From positions 44,551 through 108,550 of the forward strand of contig JBHLMP010000005.1 of the NCBI GenBank assembly GCA_048938025.1: a stretch of DNA of 64,000 nucleotides, in the 5' to 3' direction. Origin of the DNA: Promethearchaeota archaeon (GTDB lineage: Archaea; Asgardarchaeota; Lokiarchaeia; Sigyniarchaeales; SOKP01). The notes under the pieces were generated by a model. That model was not told where the DNA came from. It searched no databases and saw nothing but the letters and a program-made list of their open reading frames with translations. The position numbers and the translations under genes were made by a program. Below, piece after piece: positions 59,886 to 64,000 of this stretch; position 1 is the stretch's first letter; every line of letters starts with the position of its first letter.

Positions 59886-59941
59886 ATTAGTCATTCTTAT
59901 ATTAAAAAATAAAAAAATGAAATGGTAAGAATTTTAATAAG

Positions 59942-60406
59942 TCATTGCCCAACTCTTATACTAATTACTTCTCCAGTAGCACACAATTTTTTTCTTGAAT
60001 ATACAGAACATGAAACCGTTATTTTTTTCTCGGTTGCTTCCTTAACTCTTGCTCTTAACGTTATGGGTCTTCTTGTAGGAGTTGGCATTATATATTTTAC
60101 GGTTAATGTGCCAGTAACAATCCTAGGAAAAGGTTCTTGACCAAGCTCTCTTCCCTCATTTTTATATATAGATGCAATAGCAGTATTGCCACAATGACAC
60201 TCTACTATTGAAGCAATAATTCCTGCACCTACAGTACCAGGGAATACCATATGATACTCTTTTGGTTGCCACTCACAAACTGCTTCATCCCCCTCCCAAT
60301 AACTTTTAATATGTAATCCATGTTCATTATTCCTCCCACATCCCCAACAATGAGTTGCTATTTCAGGCCATTGATCCTGAAAAAAAATTTTTTCTGGTTC
60401 TTCCAT
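59942..60406 (-). CDS. PaaI-like hotdog thioesterase
   Basis: CWGCG.NNEHGL, VTGTLTVKY..PTP. Confidence 0.85.
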   Translation of the reverse strand: MEEPEKIFFQDQWPEIATHCWGCGRNNEHGLHIKSYWEGDEAVCEWQPKEYHMVFPGTVGAGIIASIVECHCGNTAIASIYKNEGRELGQEPFPRIVTGTLTVKYIMPTPTRRPITLRARVKEATEKKITVSCSVYSRKKLCATGEVISIRVGQ

Positions 60407-60607
60407 CTTTTATCTTCTTTTTAATTGGATTTGGAAATTCAATTTACGAATATATAACGCAATAATCAATATAAATCATAATTAATAATATTGACAAAAA
60501 TGCCAAAATTTAAATATCAATAGAATACGATTATCATTTACACCGAAATCTAATTTAATTAAATTATAAACCAATTCAAACTAAATAAAATAAGAGAGGT
60601 TATTAAT

Positions 60608-60913
60608 ATGGTATATGTTATTTTAAAATCCTATTACCCAACTAATAAAGCGGAAGAAATATTGAAAATTTTTATGGAACTGGTAAAAAAATACCCTCCA
60701 GATGACTCTATAGCAGAAACCCTTATCCGAGGCGCAGGAACAGCAACTAAAAAAGGATATAAAGGTCTGAGCATTTGGAAGGTGAAAGAAGGACAATTTG
60801 ATAAATTGGCAAAACGTATCATGGGTGCTATGTCAATGTTCAATAACGTTGAAGAATTTGGATGGAAAGTTGAAGTCTGGAGTACATTCGAGGAATCCGC
60901 AGCAACACGCTAA
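60608..60913 (+). CDS. Small hypothetical protein (DUF3303/dimeric alpha-beta barrel-like)
   Basis: GAGG SD; KYPPD...GYKGLSIWKV...VEVWST. Confidence 0.6.
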   Translation: MVYVILKSYYPTNKAEEILKIFMELVKKYPPDDSIAETLIRGAGTATKKGYKGLSIWKVKEGQFDKLAKRIMGAMSMFNNVEEFGWKVEVWSTFEESAATR

Positions 60914-61065
60914 AGAATGATTCAGTATCAATTATTAATAAATTAAATCATTCCACTTTTTTTATAATTTCATGAAAATTTCACAAAAAGTGAGTAAAGG
61001 TTTTTTTAGTAAGTCAATTAAACTATTAGATAAAATAGGTGGAGTATCTCCCATCAAAGAAAGTT

Positions 61066-62562
61066 TTATGAATTTATCACTATAAATCGTTTTTTATCTT
61101 TCTTGCAGATAACCTGTATAAGATGCCGCCCTGAAGTTATTGCACCTGGTACACCACCTCCTTGGAATACCCACTGTCCCGCCATGTAGAAGCTTTCCAA
61201 TCCGGGAAGTGTTCTTTTCATCAGCTTGCTCATGTCTGTGGCATCAGCCTTCCATCCCATATAGGAACCCTGCCAATTATTGGTATAACGCTCGTATGTC
61301 ACCGGAGTGGCAACGTCTACAACTTCTATCTTTTCCCTGATATTTGGAAAACGCTTTTCCAATATATTAATTACATCATCTGCGAGAGCCTGTTTCTCCA
61401 CTTTATACTTCTCTATGTCCCTGGAGAGCTCCTTCCAATAATCATAATTGACAGAATTGAAAGCGACCACTATTACAGATTTGCCTGAAGGAGCCATGGT
61501 GGGATCGAAGCAAAAATGCCTGATGGATATCCATTTACGCATTTGGTCTCCAACCTTAAGTGGTTCATCAACTTCAAGTACAAGTGAATGAGGTTCTTTA
61601 GAAAAATCACATGCTACTCCCAGTGAAATCTGGATGTATGGTCGATAGATATCCCACTCCTCGTAATACTGATGTATTTTATCGTCGATATAATTTCCAT
61701 CCAACATATCAAAGATTGTGGTACGCCCATCGGCAGCGGAAATAACAAGATCAGCGTGGTACTCATTTCCATTTGAAAGGCGGATACCAACCGCTCGGTC
61801 TGCCTTTACAAGGATCTTTTCGACGGGTGAGTTATATAGTATTTTCCCACCTAGATCGAGGTATCGCTTTTCAATAGCTCGTGCAAACTCCAAAGAACCG
61901 CCAATAGGCCATCCATTATTCTTAATGTGAGAATAAGCTAGAGGCATAAGAACTAATGTCATAGGATAATCCGGTATATCCTCTAAAATAAGGGGGAATG
62001 CGCTGCGTAGTAAGGGATCTTTGAAACGAGCAGCAAAATTCTGCATTGATATCTTACCGTATTTACGCATGGTCATCATTGCACGCATGCTTTTAAGCAT
62101 CTTTAACATGTCAAGTAGTCCCATATTTTCCATTGGTTTATCCACTGGTACTTTGAAGCGTGATAAAAGTCGTGCTTTTTTACATAGTTCTTCTATTATA
62201 CGAGAATCAGCTTGTGATAATTCTTTCATATGCTGTTCCAACCGGTCAAGGTTAGAGTAAACCTTCCAGATTTTCCCACTGGTTCCTTCTATCCGTAGAA
62301 TTTCTTCGTGGTCGACTATCTGTCGACCCTGTACTGCCCCTAATTCTTCATAAAAACGATGAAAAATACCGGAACTGGAACCTGAAAGGTAGTGAATACA
62401 ACCATCAAATACATATCCTTTACGCTTCCAGCTTGTGCACAATCCACCTGGAATGTCGTGCATTTCGAAAATCTGTGTTTTATATCCATTCATTTGGGCA
62501 TAGCAACCCGTCGAAAGGCCAGCTAGACCAGCACCGATGATGATAATTGATTTTTCTTTCAT
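61066..62562 (-). CDS. Phytoene dehydrogenase-related FAD-dependent oxidoreductase
   Basis: IIGAGLAGL, PGGLCTSW.RKGY.FDG, ATPVTYERYT, GQW..GGG.P. Confidence 0.88.
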   Translation of the reverse strand: MKEKSIIIIGAGLAGLSTGCYAQMNGYKTQIFEMHDIPGGLCTSWKRKGYVFDGCIHYLSGSSSGIFHRFYEELGAVQGRQIVDHEEILRIEGTSGKIWKVYSNLDRLEQHMKELSQADSRIIEELCKKARLLSRFKVPVDKPMENMGLLDMLKMLKSMRAMMTMRKYGKISMQNFAARFKDPLLRSAFPLILEDIPDYPMTLVLMPLAYSHIKNNGWPIGGSLEFARAIEKRYLDLGGKILYNSPVEKILVKADRAVGIRLSNGNEYHADLVISAADGRTTIFDMLDGNYIDDKIHQYYEEWDIYRPYIQISLGVACDFSKEPHSLVLEVDEPLKVGDQMRKWISIRHFCFDPTMAPSGKSVIVVAFNSVNYDYWKELSRDIEKYKVEKQALADDVINILEKRFPNIREKIEVVDVATPVTYERYTNNWQGSYMGWKADATDMSKLMKRTLPGLESFYMAGQWVFQGGGVPGAITSGRHLIQVICKKDKKRFIVINS

Positions 62563-62756
62563 TCTATTCTTTCCTCATTACACTATGAATGATTATGCAA
62601 AACCAAGAAAACTCTTCGATTTCACACAATTATAATTATATGCATTTAAATCTAAATAAATGTTTCGTTCCCTGTTATCAAATCCAAAATAAGCTACAAA
62701 GGTTTATTCAAAACCCTAGTGCCTACACCTACTTTCCGAGCTATTTAAATTAAAAC

Positions 62757-62787
62757 TTCATTGAAATCAGACTCTGAATTTACCTTT
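62757..62787 (+). repeat. 31-bp direct repeat, copy 1
   Basis: TTCATTGAAATCAGACTCTGAATTTACCTTT, identical to 63793-63823. Confidence 0.85.
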
Positions 62788-62953
62788 CCATTCCAACTTC
62801 ATATGAAATTTCAAAGTTCAAATTTCAAAGAAAATTTGTTTTTAGTTTCTGTTTTTTAGTGAGTGGCAAATTTTAAAAGAAACAAAAAATACATATTCCC
62901 AAATTCAATGTTAAAATTTTATATGCCTTTAAATTCATTTTCAGGGATAAAGA

Positions 62954-63754
62954 ATGCCAAAAATAAAGATTAATGATATTAAATTGTATTATGAGATTTA
63001 TGGGAAGGGTCCTCCATTAGTAATGATAATGGGTATAGGAGGAAATACCGATTACTGGCCCCCTCGTTTTATTGAGAAACTTTCAGAAATATTTAAAGTT
63101 ATTATTTTTGATAATCGCGGATCTGGTCAATCAGATAAACCCGATATTCAGTATTCTATGAAAATGTTCGCCGATGACACTGTCAGTTTGATGAACGCTT
63201 TAAATATTGAGTATGCTCATATCCTCGGACTTTCAATGGGAGGTACTATAGCACAAGAAGTAGTGTTAAACTATCCCGAAAAAGTTAATAAGCTCGTACT
63301 CTGTTCTACTAATTGTGGATTCTCTAAATCATCCTTACCATCACCAGAGGCTTTAAAGATTATGATGCAACCAAGAGAAGAATCAACTCCGCAAGAAATT
63401 TCGAGGAAATCTATGTCAGCTAGATTAACTGAAAAATTTATTAAAGAAAATCCAGAAATTATTAAAGAATACATTCAAAGAGAATCTAGAAATCCTACTC
63501 CTCCCAAAATGTATAAGAGACACATTGATGCTATTATGAAATTTAACACTTATAAACGACTAAAAAACATTAATACACCCACTTTAATAATGCAGGGTAA
63601 ACATGACCTTCTATCTCCAGTACAAAATGCCGAATTATTGGCTAATAACATAAAAGGAGCAAAACTATCTATATTTGAAGATCTTGCTCATGACATTTTT
63701 TCACAAGACTCGGAAATAGTAATAAAGACTCTAATTGAATTTTTAAAAAGTTAA
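62954..63754 (+). CDS. Alpha/beta hydrolase (paralog of 17558..18355)
   Basis: FDNRGSGQS, GLSMGG, GKHD, AH. Confidence 0.92.
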   Translation: MPKIKINDIKLYYEIYGKGPPLVMIMGIGGNTDYWPPRFIEKLSEIFKVIIFDNRGSGQSDKPDIQYSMKMFADDTVSLMNALNIEYAHILGLSMGGTIAQEVVLNYPEKVNKLVLCSTNCGFSKSSLPSPEALKIMMQPREESTPQEISRKSMSARLTEKFIKENPEIIKEYIQRESRNPTPPKMYKRHIDAIMKFNTYKRLKNINTPTLIMQGKHDLLSPVQNAELLANNIKGAKLSIFEDLAHDIFSQDSEIVIKTLIEFLKS

Positions 63755-63792
63755 CTGCTTTCAAATTACTCTGAAGTTTTTTCGAAGAAATT

Positions 63793-63823
63793 TTCATTGA
63801 AATCAGACTCTGAATTTACCTTT
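63793..63823 (+). repeat. 31-bp direct repeat, copy 2
   Basis: TTCATTGAAATCAGACTCTGAATTTACCTTT. Confidence 0.85.
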
Positions 63824-64000
63824 TCGTAAAATTATCCTTTTTGATAAAAAAAAGAAAAAAGAAGAAAAAAAGGGGAAAGAACATCAAGAAAGAAGAAGCG
63901 TTAACTATAGTTGGATTTGTAGAAAGAAAATTTAGCGGGAGAATTGGAATTTAATTTTCTACTCTTACATACAGGATTACTGAGTAAATCGATCTTTTTT

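Noticed and set aside
62695-62742. GNAT motif A-like remnant ARKVGVGTRVLNK on the minus strand
   Set aside because: Too short to distinguish from chance.
62757-63823. CRISPR array, because ATTGAAATCAGAC resembles some archaeal repeats
   Set aside because: Only two copies about 1 kb apart with a whole gene between them; no spacers and no cas genes.

Overview
This is an AT-rich, gene-dense archaeal chromosomal window, most consistent with an Asgard archaeon of the Lokiarchaeia/Promethearchaeia. The evidence is a Rab-like small GTPase, a longin-like protein with an MglA/Arf-like GTPase, a Loki-CTERM-type IPGY-TM-basic tail, tandem wHTH-TPR and 7TM membrane proteins, GGTGA/GGAGG Shine-Dalgarno motifs and oligo-T terminators. 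About 70 mostly accessory genes encode hydrolases, redox enzymes, GNATs, transporters and regulators, and several gene remnants are present. I recognised no rRNA, tRNA, CRISPR array or transposase. Main observations: (1) About seven genes have conserved or plausible N-termini upstream of the first ATG/GTG/TTG. They appear to initiate at ATT/ATC/ATA, mostly at canonical SD spacing, suggesting routine non-AUG initiation. (2) A GTPase signalling neighbourhood (Rab-like, wHTH-TPR, standalone 7TM, longin + MglA-like) has two divergent promoters sharing an identical CGAAGTTCGAA box at the same spacing. (3) An unannotated 43-aa Cys-rich, metallothionein-like peptide lies opposite a CxCP HxlR regulator. 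(4) A 31-bp direct repeat brackets a single hydrolase gene. (5) Clear tandem palindromic operators sit next to MarR, TetR and HxlR genes. All family assignments come from motifs recognised by eye, not from database searches.
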